From sequence record MN895436.1: DNA of 64,000 nucleotides, one strand, 5' to 3'. This document shows, piece after piece, positions 10,042-19,352 of this stretch. The translations under genes and the position numbers were made by a program. The stretch comes from Escherichia phage teqsoen. The notes under the pieces were generated by a model. The model was not told the DNA's origin and did not search any database. It saw only the letters and a program-made list of their open reading frames with translations. Within the stretch, counting starts at the first letter, position 1. The number at the start of each line of letters is the position of its first letter.

Positions 10042-12129
10042 TTATCCTTGAACGAACTTGTAAGGCATGTTTGTAATATCTATGCAAGACGCAATAATTC
10101 CAAGAGATGATTCTACTTTCTGTTTAACATTTGATGAAACAAATGATGCAAAGTCAACTCTATCTTCTATATCACCTGTCATTGTAACCAATTCACCAGT
10201 TTCCATTAAATGGTCTCCGTCATAGATTACTGATTCGGTGAGTTCTTCTGTGGTCATAACTTCAGCTTGAATGAGTTTTGTATTATTAGATGTTGTTCCG
10301 TCATTATTAGAAGCATCAGTTATTTTATTAACTTTGACCATCAATCCGCGCGGTAGAATAACTTCAGCTTCTGTTGCTATTCCGAGACTTCCTGGATATA
10401 CAACATTAACTTTATGCGCGCCGTCAATTGCCCATCCTATTTGAACTTTAACGTATTCAGGATTTTCTTTATACGCTCTTATTTCGTTTGGATTAATAGT
10501 TATTCCTTCTTCATTTTTATCAACTGTTAATTCATTACGAGCTTCTGGTTCTAAAAGACCAATACCAGCATGTGTAATTCCAAAACGCCCAAAAATGATA
10601 GGAGTTAAAGAAGTAGATACAAAATTTCTGAAATAGAACACTTTATTTTTAACTAGCGCTTCGTATATAGGAGCAGTCATACTTTGAGCACGATAAACTG
10701 TAATGCCTTCCGGTATGCGGTCACCATTTTCAAAAGCTGAATCTAAATTATTTATAGCAGATTCAATTTCTTTTTCACTCATTACATCATATCGTTCTGG
10801 ATTGTAACGACCTAAAAGAAGATTATTAATGTCTGTATATCCTGAACCACAATATTCTCTAATGCCGCGCTTTTGTGATGGAGTATATTTAGAACCATCA
10901 CGGGCAATAGTAATATCAATCATTGGACCAGCACCAATTCCAGAAAAGCTATAAATCATTCGTTTGAGGAATTTAGTTTTTGCTGCATTCCAGGCATTTT
11001 TAGTTATTTCTTCCCAGACTTCATCTGGCTGCCCTTTACGAGTTTTATTATGTTTATCAAGCCAATTATCTTTATATTCTTCAAAGAGTTGATTAACAGC
11101 TGCTGCGTATTTCTCTAAACATTTTATTGAAGTAGTTGGTTCATTTTTAATCGCATTAAGAATTACATCTTTAATTTTTTCAGAAACTTCATTAACCTCA
11201 CTTTTTGAAAAGAATTTATAGTCATAATGAAGTTCATCTGCAGTTCCTTCAGCAATAATTTTTGCTGCCTTAGTTTTAGAAGCTAATGAATTAATTCCAA
11301 GCTTCATTTCTTCTGCTTCGGGAATTAAAGGAGCGGTAGCAGGTTTATTGAAATTAGCTGCAGTAGATTCATACTTCTGGAATAATTCACTTTCAAATCT
11401 AGAAGACTCTAACGATTGACTTTGCGCAATTGCTCTACGGGAAATTTTAACTTTAACGATTACAGCTTGATCAGAACGTTTATCATTTTCTTGCGCAATA
11501 GATGCTGCAATTGCCTCATTTTTAGTTACTTGGGCTCCAGTATCTTTATTGATATAAACATCACCGACCTTCGATTCAACCTTAGTAAAGAGCTCGGTAC
11601 TAATTTCCGGAACCCCTGGAATGTCTTCTAGTGATACATTTTTGCGATGTATAAGAATATATGCATACTTTTTATCGTAATCCCAGAGTTCCTTAAGAAG
11701 GACGTATCTGCCACCTGAACGACTACGGATAAGTCTATCAGCAATAACTTGAATTTGTCGAGCTTGACCAGCGGTTTTAGACTTAAGAATACGGAGCATA
11801 CAGGCATCAATTTTATACTGACGCATTGTTTGCATTGCAACAGTAAAAACTGAATTGATATAATTAATTGGGCTTGGACCAAGACCTTTCAATTTAGCAA
11901 TTGAACCTTTAGCAGTTAATGTAAAAGGAACAATATGCATCATTTTATCGCCCATCTTTAAATCACGATTAGTATCACCTCCAGATGTATAGGTACATAA
12001 ACGAAAGCCTGGTTGTTCAATTGCATCATCAACGTGAACTGAAAAAATTTGCGGTATTTTCTTCTTTGGATTTAAGTTTGTAATCGGAAGAGTAGTATCT
12101 TCGTCAAATAATTCTGTAATGAGTTCCAT
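10042..12129 (-). CDS. alt: Alt ADP-ribosyltransferase (capsid-packaged, injected)
   Basis: 695/696-aa ORF starting MELITELFDEDTTLPITNL, the copy closer to remembered T4 Alt; VYRAQ, FYFRNFVSTSL, EAEVILPRG motifs. Confidence 0.85.
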   Translation of the reverse strand: MELITELFDEDTTLPITNLNPKKKIPQIFSVHVDDAIEQPGFRLCTYTSGGDTNRDLKMGDKMMHIVPFTLTAKGSIAKLKGLGPSPINYINSVFTVAMQTMRQYKIDACMLRILKSKTAGQARQIQVIADRLIRSRSGGRYVLLKELWDYDKKYAYILIHRKNVSLEDIPGVPEISTELFTKVESKVGDVYINKDTGAQVTKNEAIAASIAQENDKRSDQAVIVKVKISRRAIAQSQSLESSRFESELFQKYESTAANFNKPATAPLIPEAEEMKLGINSLASKTKAAKIIAEGTADELHYDYKFFSKSEVNEVSEKIKDVILNAIKNEPTTSIKCLEKYAAAVNQLFEEYKDNWLDKHNKTRKGQPDEVWEEITKNAWNAAKTKFLKRMIYSFSGIGAGPMIDITIARDGSKYTPSQKRGIREYCGSGYTDINNLLLGRYNPERYDVMSEKEIESAINNLDSAFENGDRIPEGITVYRAQSMTAPIYEALVKNKVFYFRNFVSTSLTPIIFGRFGITHAGIGLLEPEARNELTVDKNEEGITINPNEIRAYKENPEYVKVQIGWAIDGAHKVNVVYPGSLGIATEAEVILPRGLMVKVNKITDASNNDGTTSNNTKLIQAEVMTTEELTESVIYDGDHLMETGELVTMTGDIEDRVDFASFVSSNVKQKVESSLGIIASCIDITNMPYKFVQG

Positions 12130-12151
12130 CATATCCTCTCTAGTGTTTATT

Positions 12152-12183
12152 CTATTTATAAAATTAAAGGCCCGAAGGCCTTT
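12152..12183 (-). terminator. Stem-loop / candidate terminator upstream of alt
   Basis: AAAGGCC-CGAA-GGCCTTT hairpin; reverse strand followed by AATTTTAT. Confidence 0.4.
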
Positions 12184-12370
12184 AATAATCTATAGGTAAG
12201 AGAGTACGATATATTTCAAACTTTGGACCTTTTTCATAAGCATCAAAAGTTTCTGTGAATTTATTATAAGCATATGCATCTATAAATTCAATCATGATTT
12301 GTGATACAGAAGTAGAAACATCTCCACCTTCTTTTTGAGCCACGACAATTGTTTCTAAGTAAGCTTTCAT
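12182..12370 (-). CDS. Hypothetical small protein (alt.1-like position)
   Basis: 62-aa ORF between ligase and alt. Confidence 0.5.
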   Translation of the reverse strand: MKAYLETIVVAQKEGGDVSTSVSQIMIEFIDAYAYNKFTETFDAYEKGPKFEIYRTLLPIDY

Positions 12371-13830
12371 AAACCAGTTACCTCATGAAAATCACCAAAT
12401 ACATCCTCGAATGTATTAGCTTTAGTTTTATCTTCACGCAAACGAATCGCAATTGGAAGAAATAATTTAACGTAATCAGTGCGGCCATCGGATTTTAACC
12501 AACCGTTGCATTCGCACTCTAGAATTTTTCCAATATAATAATTTTGGTTTTCCATAATGCGAGTACGGTCAAGTTCATGTGATTTTACGCCGGCTTTATC
12601 TTTTAAGCCTGAACCGGCATTTACCTTAATTTTTCCACACTCTGACTCAAGAATAAATCCACCTGCTTTAGTAGGGTCTTTACGGTGAGGATAAATTCCT
12701 ACAATTTTTAAATCAACATCAATTACTTCTTTAAATTTATAGAGATTTTTTGAACGAGCATTTTCCCATAATCCATCGATATTTTTGAGAATAATACCTT
12801 CAAGACCTTGGTCAATATACTTTTTATAAATTACCTTAGCTTCATCTAGGTTATTTACTACTTGGTTTTCAATTAAAATTACTTTATCATAGCCTGATGT
12901 CATTTGTTCTAATTTAGAAAAACGTACATCATATTTTAAACGAAATGCTGGAAGACCGTATATTTCTACCAACGGAACATAATCCCAGACCTGAAACTTC
13001 ATGCATTGAGCTTCTTTTTCTGAAATAGTTCCCTTTAAAGATTTATTAGCGATTCCATTAGAAGTAGTACGTGATTCAGCTACTTCAGCAAACTCTTTAG
13101 CTTTACTAATTTCAGGATAAGCATCAAAAAGAAAATCTAGGCCTTCTGGCTCCTTTTTAACTTGCTCATGGTATACCAATTCGCCATCAATTAACACACC
13201 TCCTGGATGAATCTGGCGGGCTTCAGCGGTCATTTTGATTAACTCTTCCTTAAGAAGATCTAATCCTAGATATTCATTACCAGCTCGTGATAAAAGACGG
13301 ACATCATCTAATTCATCACCTCTAACTTCAGCAAAACACCGAGCTCCATCTGCTTTTAATTGTGCAAAGGCTGGAAATTTGATATTCTTACTAATGCCTT
13401 TTTCATCATAAGAACTTGCGAGCATTTGAGGTTGTTCAGGAATTAAACCTGGCCAAACTTTGTTTGCAATAGATACTGAAGCACCGCATTCAAGGTCTCG
13501 CATCATCACTCGACGCAAAACTTCAACATCATCTTTTTTACCATCGGTGATATATCCAGATAATTCCTCAATTGCCGCATTTCCGGTCAATTTCCGAGTA
13601 GCTAACGTGAATTCAATGAAGTCAAGCATATCGGTAAGAGTCAACATTCCAAAACTCTGGGTAGCAATACCAGATTTAGGCCATTTCTTGATATAATACT
13701 GCAACCCACGAGAATAAGTCAGACGATATACTCGTTTAAGCAATTCATTATCTTTATTCTTTTCAAGAATTGCTTGCTTCTGCTTAGTTGAACCAATAGA
13801 TGCTATTTCGTTTAGAATTTTAAGAATCAT
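12367..13830 (-). CDS. 30: ATP-dependent DNA ligase gp30
   Basis: 487-aa ORF; KADGAR adenylation motif (QLKADGARCF); T4 ligase length. Confidence 0.95.
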   Translation of the reverse strand: MILKILNEIASIGSTKQKQAILEKNKDNELLKRVYRLTYSRGLQYYIKKWPKSGIATQSFGMLTLTDMLDFIEFTLATRKLTGNAAIEELSGYITDGKKDDVEVLRRVMMRDLECGASVSIANKVWPGLIPEQPQMLASSYDEKGISKNIKFPAFAQLKADGARCFAEVRGDELDDVRLLSRAGNEYLGLDLLKEELIKMTAEARQIHPGGVLIDGELVYHEQVKKEPEGLDFLFDAYPEISKAKEFAEVAESRTTSNGIANKSLKGTISEKEAQCMKFQVWDYVPLVEIYGLPAFRLKYDVRFSKLEQMTSGYDKVILIENQVVNNLDEAKVIYKKYIDQGLEGIILKNIDGLWENARSKNLYKFKEVIDVDLKIVGIYPHRKDPTKAGGFILESECGKIKVNAGSGLKDKAGVKSHELDRTRIMENQNYYIGKILECECNGWLKSDGRTDYVKLFLPIAIRLREDKTKANTFEDVFGDFHEVTGL

Positions 13831-14096
13831 TGTTCATCCTTTAGAGTTTGGTTTACAGCTCTATTATAAATCAATTCATCATTAAGCTCAGTCAAAGACC
13901 TATGGTACGTGGTTCTAACTTTATTTCCTTGCATCCAGTGTTTGACGTAAATGAAACCTTGCTCTACACATTTTTTAAAAATTCGTTCGTCTTTTTGAGC
14001 TCGGAATTCTGGATTGCATCTAAAAAATTGATTTACGTGACCGTAATCACGTGTAGTATTACCTTCATTTTCATAAATAGTGTGAACAACAAACAT
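13827..14096 (-). CDS. Hypothetical protein (30.1-like)
   Basis: 89-aa ORF, ATGA overlap with ligase. Confidence 0.6.
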   Translation of the reverse strand: MFVVHTIYENEGNTTRDYGHVNQFFRCNPEFRAQKDERIFKKCVEQGFIYVKHWMQGNKVRTTYHRSLTELNDELIYNRAVNQTLKDEQ

Positions 14097-14932
14097 TAGA
14101 ATGCTCCTTGGAAAATATTATCACCACTAGTAGGTCTATTATACAAATACTCTATGCCACCAGGTTTAATATAGTTCCATGTCTGAAACGGATGTGTCTG
14201 ATATGGATGATATGGATTATAAGGATTAAATCCAGGAGTTCTCCAGGTAGTGTTCCAACGAAAAGAATCATTTTTAATCATCTTTTCAATTACATCTTTT
14301 ATAGCTTTTTCACTATCAAAACTTTCTTTATTTTCCTTTGGTGAAAAAAGCTTATTCTCTACATCGTTCCATGTATAAACTCGCTGAGCGGTTTTTGGAA
14401 TACTGTCACGTTCCCCTCGAGCCATCCAATACACAGGAACACGTAATATTTCACTCGCATGATCGCAGTGGTGAGCGAGATCGTCAATATAACAAATTAC
14501 GTTATATTTCTCTTTTGCCTTTTTGAACAACTCTTCTTTTGAAGAATCATGACCACACATCATTACTTCTGAGAAGGCACCAGGAAAAAGAGCATTCAAA
14601 TTAAATTGACGATTCAGCAGAGCGTCAATAGAATCACCCAATGCTGTAACAGCTACAAAATTATAATCTTCTTTTAATTTGTTAATTACACACAGAGCAT
14701 CTTTATATGGAGACAAGTAACGAATAAAATCTGATCGATTGTATTTTTCAATTAACTTGACGCCAAGTTCTTCATCACAATTAAAAAGTTTACCAGGAGA
14801 AATAAATTTTTCATCTTGGATCATTTTTAAAATATGTTCCAACGGAAGATTATATTTCTGAGCAAAATAAGGAAGGCCTGATTGCCAGCTTAAACATACT
14901 CCATCAATATCAGTTAAAATAGTAGGCTTCAT
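14096..14932 (-). CDS. HAD-like hydrolase domain protein (30.2-like)
   Basis: 278-aa ORF; N-terminal LTDIDGV (HAD motif I-like) and downstream YIDD; aromatic/Pro-rich C-terminus. Confidence 0.65.
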   Translation of the reverse strand: MKPTILTDIDGVCLSWQSGLPYFAQKYNLPLEHILKMIQDEKFISPGKLFNCDEELGVKLIEKYNRSDFIRYLSPYKDALCVINKLKEDYNFVAVTALGDSIDALLNRQFNLNALFPGAFSEVMMCGHDSSKEELFKKAKEKYNVICYIDDLAHHCDHASEILRVPVYWMARGERDSIPKTAQRVYTWNDVENKLFSPKENKESFDSEKAIKDVIEKMIKNDSFRWNTTWRTPGFNPYNPYHPYQTHPFQTWNYIKPGGIEYLYNRPTSGDNIFQGAF

Positions 14933-15393
14933 AGAGAGTCTCTTAATAGGTTTAACACATCAATAAATTCAGCTTCGGTTAGTATTGTATCATCTTTTGT
15001 TAGACCACTAGCCATGCTGTGCTTCAAAACTTTTCCTTTCGAGGCTTGTAATGCATCACGAAAGCCCTTGTTTTGAATCGCTGCTTCAAAATATGCATTT
15101 GTGTATAATTCTTTCCACGCCGGGGAGTATCTTGAAAATGGAACTCCAAGCCAGAAGAGGGTCCCACGGTCCTGAGCTCTAGCATAAGACCTTCCAGCTT
15201 GTTGGGCGGCAAGCCCGGATAACCCAAATATACGACGTTGTTGTTCAACATTTTTCACCTTGCATCCTTGGAGGAATCCTTCAAGACCTCCAAATTGAAT
15301 ACCATCCATAACGAAAGGCCAATGGGCGAAATTACTTAATGCACATGATGGCCACCTAAAATTGCTTCTAATCTCTAACTCAGACATTTTCAA
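14929..15393 (-). CDS. NADAR / YbiA-family (DUF1768-like) protein (30.3-like)
   Basis: 154-aa ORF; ALSNFAHWPFVMDGIQFGGLEGFLQGCK aligns with the E. coli YbiA SNFAAWP...DG...EHYFQAQK core. Confidence 0.65.
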   Translation of the reverse strand: MKMSELEIRSNFRWPSCALSNFAHWPFVMDGIQFGGLEGFLQGCKVKNVEQQRRIFGLSGLAAQQAGRSYARAQDRGTLFWLGVPFSRYSPAWKELYTNAYFEAAIQNKGFRDALQASKGKVLKHSMASGLTKDDTILTEAEFIDVLNLLRDSL

Positions 15394-15586
15394 TGCTTAT
15401 AATTTCAACATCAGCCCAATGACCATAGCAAGGAAGACGAAATTCAACTGGCCAGTTAGGGTCCTTTTCTAATATAATAGACTCAACTCGTGGTTCTTCA
15501 TGTTCATCAGTATATGGATTTTTATCTGTTACTTTATATGTGACCTTAATGTACTGAATTCCAAAAATCTTATTAATTATATTCAT
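15380..15586 (-). CDS. Hypothetical small protein
   Basis: 68-aa ORF in the ligase-downstream small-ORF cluster. Confidence 0.5.
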   Translation of the reverse strand: MNIINKIFGIQYIKVTYKVTDKNPYTDEHEEPRVESIILEKDPNWPVEFRLPCYGHWADVEIISIENV

Positions 15587-15780
15587 ACTAATTCCTTTAA
15601 TCCGTAAATAGGAGATAATTCATCACCCATGCGAAGGTCTTCATTTCCATCTACCCAGGAAACAATATAAGCCTCTTTTATTTGAATACCACTCCATTTA
15701 AATGGAGGTAGAACCTTAGAAATTAATCCAGGTATACCAACTCCCTTTAATTCAACAGTTTGACCTAAAAAGAATTTCAT
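15583..15780 (-). CDS. Hypothetical small protein
   Basis: 65-aa ORF, ATGA overlap with neighbour. Confidence 0.5.
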   Translation of the reverse strand: MKFFLGQTVELKGVGIPGLISKVLPPFKWSGIQIKEAYIVSWVDGNEDLRMGDELSPIYGLKELV

Positions 15781-16067
15781 TAGAATCTCATCTGAAAACC
15801 GTGCGATTTAACATTACCGCCACCAATATCAGAGATATTAATTTCGCGCGCAATTGAAGGGTCAATGTCAATTTCACGATTGAGTTTAGTGATAGCTAAA
15901 GTATCGCGCCCATTTACAGTACGAAACTCTAAAGGACAAACCACATCAACGTAATTTTTAATCGATTCACTGGTAGGTTGCAAATGAGCAGGAAGGTCTT
16001 TAGGCGCCTTAGAGAAAACCACTTCACAAAAATTTTTGCGGGTATCAAAATAAGTAGTCATAAACAT
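15780..16067 (-). CDS. Hypothetical protein
   Basis: Track ORF 15780..16124 reads through a hairpin; an internal ATG preceded by GAGGAA gives a more plausible 95-aa product. Confidence 0.5.
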   Translation of the reverse strand: MFMTTYFDTRKNFCEVVFSKAPKDLPAHLQPTSESIKNYVDVVCPLEFRTVNGRDTLAITKLNREIDIDPSIAREINISDIGGGNVKSHGFQMRF

Positions 16068-16084
16068 AATATTTTCCTCAGTAA

Positions 16085-16098
16085 GGGGCCGAAGCCCC
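16085..16098. terminator. Intergenic stem-loop
   Basis: GGGGC-CGAA-GCCCC hairpin between ORFs; T-run on the plus side. Confidence 0.4.
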
Positions 16099-16107
16099 CA
16101 TTTTATT

Positions 16108-16473
16108 TTAAATATCAAATTCATTAAGAACTACATCAAAGATTGCTTCAAGATGCTCAGGTTTAGCTCTGTTACTCAGAATATGACGAATCCAAGTTTT
16201 AACCAAAAGCTTGCGATTAACGCCATTCCAGCAAGGATGAGTCCCTAAATCGCGTTGACGGAAATCATCATCCAGGGCGATTTTAAAGTTGGAACCTTCC
16301 GTCTTGATTGAAACCGTGATACCGTTTTCAAATCGCATATAAACGTAGTTAGGAGTCATATACTGTTCAATTTCGCATACTGATCCATTTTGATGTTTCC
16401 AAAGGCAAATAGTATCAATAGAACCTGCAATACCATTAGAAACATATTTACGTTCAAAGTTGATGTAGTTCAT
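16108..16473 (-). CDS. Hypothetical protein
   Basis: Track start is TTG; first ATG (MNYINFERKY...) has SD GGAGAA; 121 aa. Confidence 0.55.
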   Translation of the reverse strand: MNYINFERKYVSNGIAGSIDTICLWKHQNGSVCEIEQYMTPNYVYMRFENGITVSIKTEGSNFKIALDDDFRQRDLGTHPCWNGVNRKLLVKTWIRHILSNRAKPEHLEAIFDVVLNEFDI

Positions 16474-16504
16474 TTTATTCTCCAAGATGTTTAATTGCGG
16501 TACA

Positions 16505-16540
16505 GGTATATAATATCATGTCCTGTACCAAAGTAAACAA
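16505..16540 (-). promoter_or_regulatory. Early promoter element (reverse strand)
   Basis: GTTTAC -35 and TATATAAT-like -10 on the reverse complement. Confidence 0.4.
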
Positions 16541-16777
16541 TTATTTTACTACTTTCCAATGCTGCCTGTCAAGTTTACCAACTTTTTTCATCTTCTCAAT
16601 TAAGCGTTCTGCACGTTGGCGAGCTGTAACATAATGCCATTCGCCTAATTCATTTTGTTCAATTTTTCCAACGATTATTGTATTCAATTCATAAATCCAA
16701 CCAGTAAAGAAATTATGAACTTGAATTGTAAAGGTGAAATCTGTTCCCATACCTTCTGTTGTTTCTACTTCATTCAA
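16541..16777 (-). CDS. Hypothetical protein
   Basis: 78-aa ORF. Confidence 0.5.
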   Translation of the reverse strand: MNEVETTEGMGTDFTFTIQVHNFFTGWIYELNTIIVGKIEQNELGEWHYVTARQRAERLIEKMKKVGKLDRQHWKVVK

Positions 16778-16939
16778 CTGCCATTAAGAACCACATAGTT
16801 TCATTATATTTACCATTGAAGCATTTAGTTTTAACTGTAGCGTTCAGATTAATCGTTTTCATTTTATTCTCCTTTGTTTGTGTAAGATAATACTATCACA
16901 AAGGAACCATACTGTAAACAACTTTATGCAATCTTTGGA

Positions 16940-16968
16940 AAATAAAAAAGGACTCCCGAAGGAGTCCT
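16940..16968 (-). terminator. Intrinsic terminator (reverse strand)
   Basis: AGGACTCC-CGAA-GGAGTCCT hairpin followed on the reverse strand by TTTTTTATTTT. Confidence 0.6.
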
Positions 16969-16972
16969 CAAC

Positions 16973-17149
16973 TTATGCTTTCTGCTTACCAAAACGAGAA
17001 GCATCATCTCGAAGAACCGCACGTGCTCGGCGCATGATCTTCTCAACAGTTTGATTGATACGAGAGTTCGACCCACGCTTGTAACCAGCGCGTTTAGAAT
17101 CACCAACTTTCTTTTCAACTGCTTTCTTTGCTTTAGCTTGTTTTGCCAT
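16973..17149 (-). CDS. Small basic protein (30.9-like position)
   Basis: Lys/Arg-rich ORF MAKQAKAKKAVEKK...; first ATG of the 72-aa track ORF taken. Confidence 0.5.
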   Translation of the reverse strand: MAKQAKAKKAVEKKVGDSKRAGYKRGSNSRINQTVEKIMRRARAVLRDDASRFGKQKA

Positions 17150-17437
17150 TATAAATTCTCTTTTAAATGAAAATGCAGGACTTATTGGCATTGCCTGCGC
17201 AAGCCCTCAAGGGGGTACTTAGGTTTTGAATATTTACCGACAGGATAACCATAAACCTCGTCATCATACCACCAAGACTTACACAGATAACACTTTTCTG
17301 ACGCATGATAGTAACATTCAAGAGGTACACCGTAAAACTGCCGGGGTCTTAAAACTATAATGATTCGCAAATCATTAATCAGACAGTTCGACGGCTCCTC
17401 GATTTAGCTCACACTAAGGCAGTGAATCTCCAATAAA

Positions 17438-17686
17438 TTACTTCAATGTTACCACAAAGTGACGAACTGCTTTTCGTGCAGCAGAAGCCAGAGGCTTAGC
17501 ATATTTAAGTTCATCTTTTTCCTGAAGCTCAGCAGCTAATGCAGTTTGAGCAGGATTCAGATGTTTGAAATAACGCAGGATTTCAAGAGCTTCGGCTTCA
17601 ACATCAATAGATGCGCCATAGTTTTCGTGACCATTATTCCATGCGTTTCGTTGCAGTTCAAGAGCGTGTTGTAATTGTTTAATCAT
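17438..17686 (-). CDS. rIII: Lysis inhibition accessory protein RIII
   Basis: 82-aa ORF, T4 RIII length and position next to gene 31. Confidence 0.85.
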   Translation of the reverse strand: MIKQLQHALELQRNAWNNGHENYGASIDVEAEALEILRYFKHLNPAQTALAAELQEKDELKYAKPLASAARKAVRHFVVTLK

Positions 17687-17833
17687 TTAAAAATTCTCGT
17701 TAGAGATTAAAACTCGGTAGTCACGTTCTTCTGAATTTCATCTTCTTTCGACAGATCTCTCAGTTGTAGACTACCACATAGAATTGTTCGGTTAACTTAT
17801 TATTCCGACACCCAATTCATATTATTATTTATA

Positions 17834-18169
17834 TCACTTATAAAGACACGGAATAGCTTTATAGTGACAGGTAACGAATTTTTGTTTAATTTCTTTTGGC
17901 TGCTTAAGACCCAGAGCTACAAAAGGATGCGGAACGTTTCGAATTTGACCAACTGGAAGAGAAGTCAAATCACCAACTTCGCAGAAACCTTCAGGAACAT
18001 CAGGACCAACAGAGTGAACTACACACAGTTCAGGAACTTCACCTTGAACACGTTTACCGATAATAAGTCCTGATTCTGTAACTTCTTCATCACCAGCCTG
18101 TGCAGGTTCAGAAACTAAAATAACATATTCACCGACAGCACGAATTGGTAGCTGTTGTACTTCAGACAT
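17834..18169 (-). CDS. 31: Head assembly co-chaperonin gp31 (GroES-like)
   Basis: 111-aa ORF matching remembered T4 gp31. Confidence 0.93.
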
Positions 18170-18225
18170 CGTTTTTCCTTTTTGTTAACAGATGAATTAA
18201 TAATAACAAATAATTCTTAAAGCAT

Positions 18226-18534
18226 TTATTTACCAATAAATTGAAGCAAATGCTCAACTTTCATACCATTAACAGAAATCAATTTGTCAATAGAAAAACC
18301 TCGCCACTCGCCAAGCTCAACATCAAATACTGGAATCATGTCAGTAGATTCTTTCCGAGCAGATTCAGTCAATTTACCAGTTTGCATGGTTGGCATAAAG
18401 TCAGCATCGCGAGTACCTTTCATAGTACGAATAGTACCATCAGACTTTTCAAAAACTACGTTTGAAATACCCATGGACAATTTAGTTTTCAAAATTTCAC
18501 GAATTGCCACTTTCTGTTCAGTTGTCAGTTTCAT
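18226..18534 (-). CDS. Hypothetical protein (31.1-like)
   Basis: 102-aa ORF. Confidence 0.55.
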   Translation of the reverse strand: MKLTTEQKVAIREILKTKLSMGISNVVFEKSDGTIRTMKGTRDADFMPTMQTGKLTESARKESTDMIPVFDVELGEWRGFSIDKLISVNGMKVEHLLQFIGK

Positions 18535-18771
18535 TTATTTACCTATTACAGTTTTAATATGAGTTGTTCCACGTTCTTTAAGGGTGGAAAGTAATTTTTG
18601 GCATTTTTCTAAATCAGATTTCCAACTATATGGTCTATCAATACTAGTCCAATCAGTTTTATAATACTGTTTCCATTTAGAGAAAAAATATTTCTTATAC
18701 TCTACAGCAAACGAGATGTTCTCGTTAGAATAAGAACTAATTGCTGTAAGCTTTACCAAACGAAATTTCAT
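18535..18771 (-). CDS. Hypothetical protein (31.2-like)
   Basis: 78-aa ORF. Confidence 0.5.
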   Translation of the reverse strand: MKFRLVKLTAISSYSNENISFAVEYKKYFFSKWKQYYKTDWTSIDRPYSWKSDLEKCQKLLSTLKERGTTHIKTVIGK

Positions 18772-19352
18772 TATTCACCACAGAATTCGTTGATATTTTC
18801 CCAGTTTAACTTATTCAAGTTTTTCTTAGGAACATTAAACACTTCAATACCTGCATTTCGCAGAATATCATCCCAACCAGGTTTATTTTTATCGTATGTT
18901 TCGCAATAAACCAGCTTTTTAATACCAGATTGAGCTATCGCTTTTGCACAATCTGGACAAGGAGAAAGTGTTACATACATAGTAGCACCTTCAATAGAAG
19001 AACCATTTCGTGCAGCAAACAAAATTGCATTTAGTTCAGCATGAATTTCATTTTTAGACGACCATTCAGAGTGAGCGCTCCGGTGTTCTTTTGCCAAGAC
19101 AAAACGATCAGTTGAACCAAATGATACACATTCGGGCTTATGACCTTGGATGATAGTATGTTTAGGTTTATTCAGCAACCAACCTTGCTCGGCGGCATAA
19201 TCACAACAGTTCACACCACCAGCAGGTGAACCATTATATCCGGTAGAAATAATACGTCCATTCTTTTCAATTACTGCTCCTACCTTCCAGGAGCAACATT
19301 TTGATTCTTGTGATACTAAATATGCAATTTGAAGTACTGTACTCGCTTTCAT
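18771..19352 (-). CDS. cd: dCMP deaminase
   Basis: 193-aa ORF; zinc-deaminase motifs HAELNAI and PCPDCAKAI. Confidence 0.95.
   Translation of the reverse strand: MKASTVLQIAYLVSQESKCCSWKVGAVIEKNGRIISTGYNGSPAGGVNCCDYAAEQGWLLNKPKHTIIQGHKPECVSFGSTDRFVLAKEHRSAHSEWSSKNEIHAELNAILFAARNGSSIEGATMYVTLSPCPDCAKAIAQSGIKKLVYCETYDKNKPGWDDILRNAGIEVFNVPKKNLNKLNWENINEFCGE

Noticed and set aside
17182-17370. 62-aa Cys-rich ORF between rIII and the upstream ORF
   Set aside because: Starts on TTG, has no ATG anywhere in frame, and lies in a region that looks regulatory
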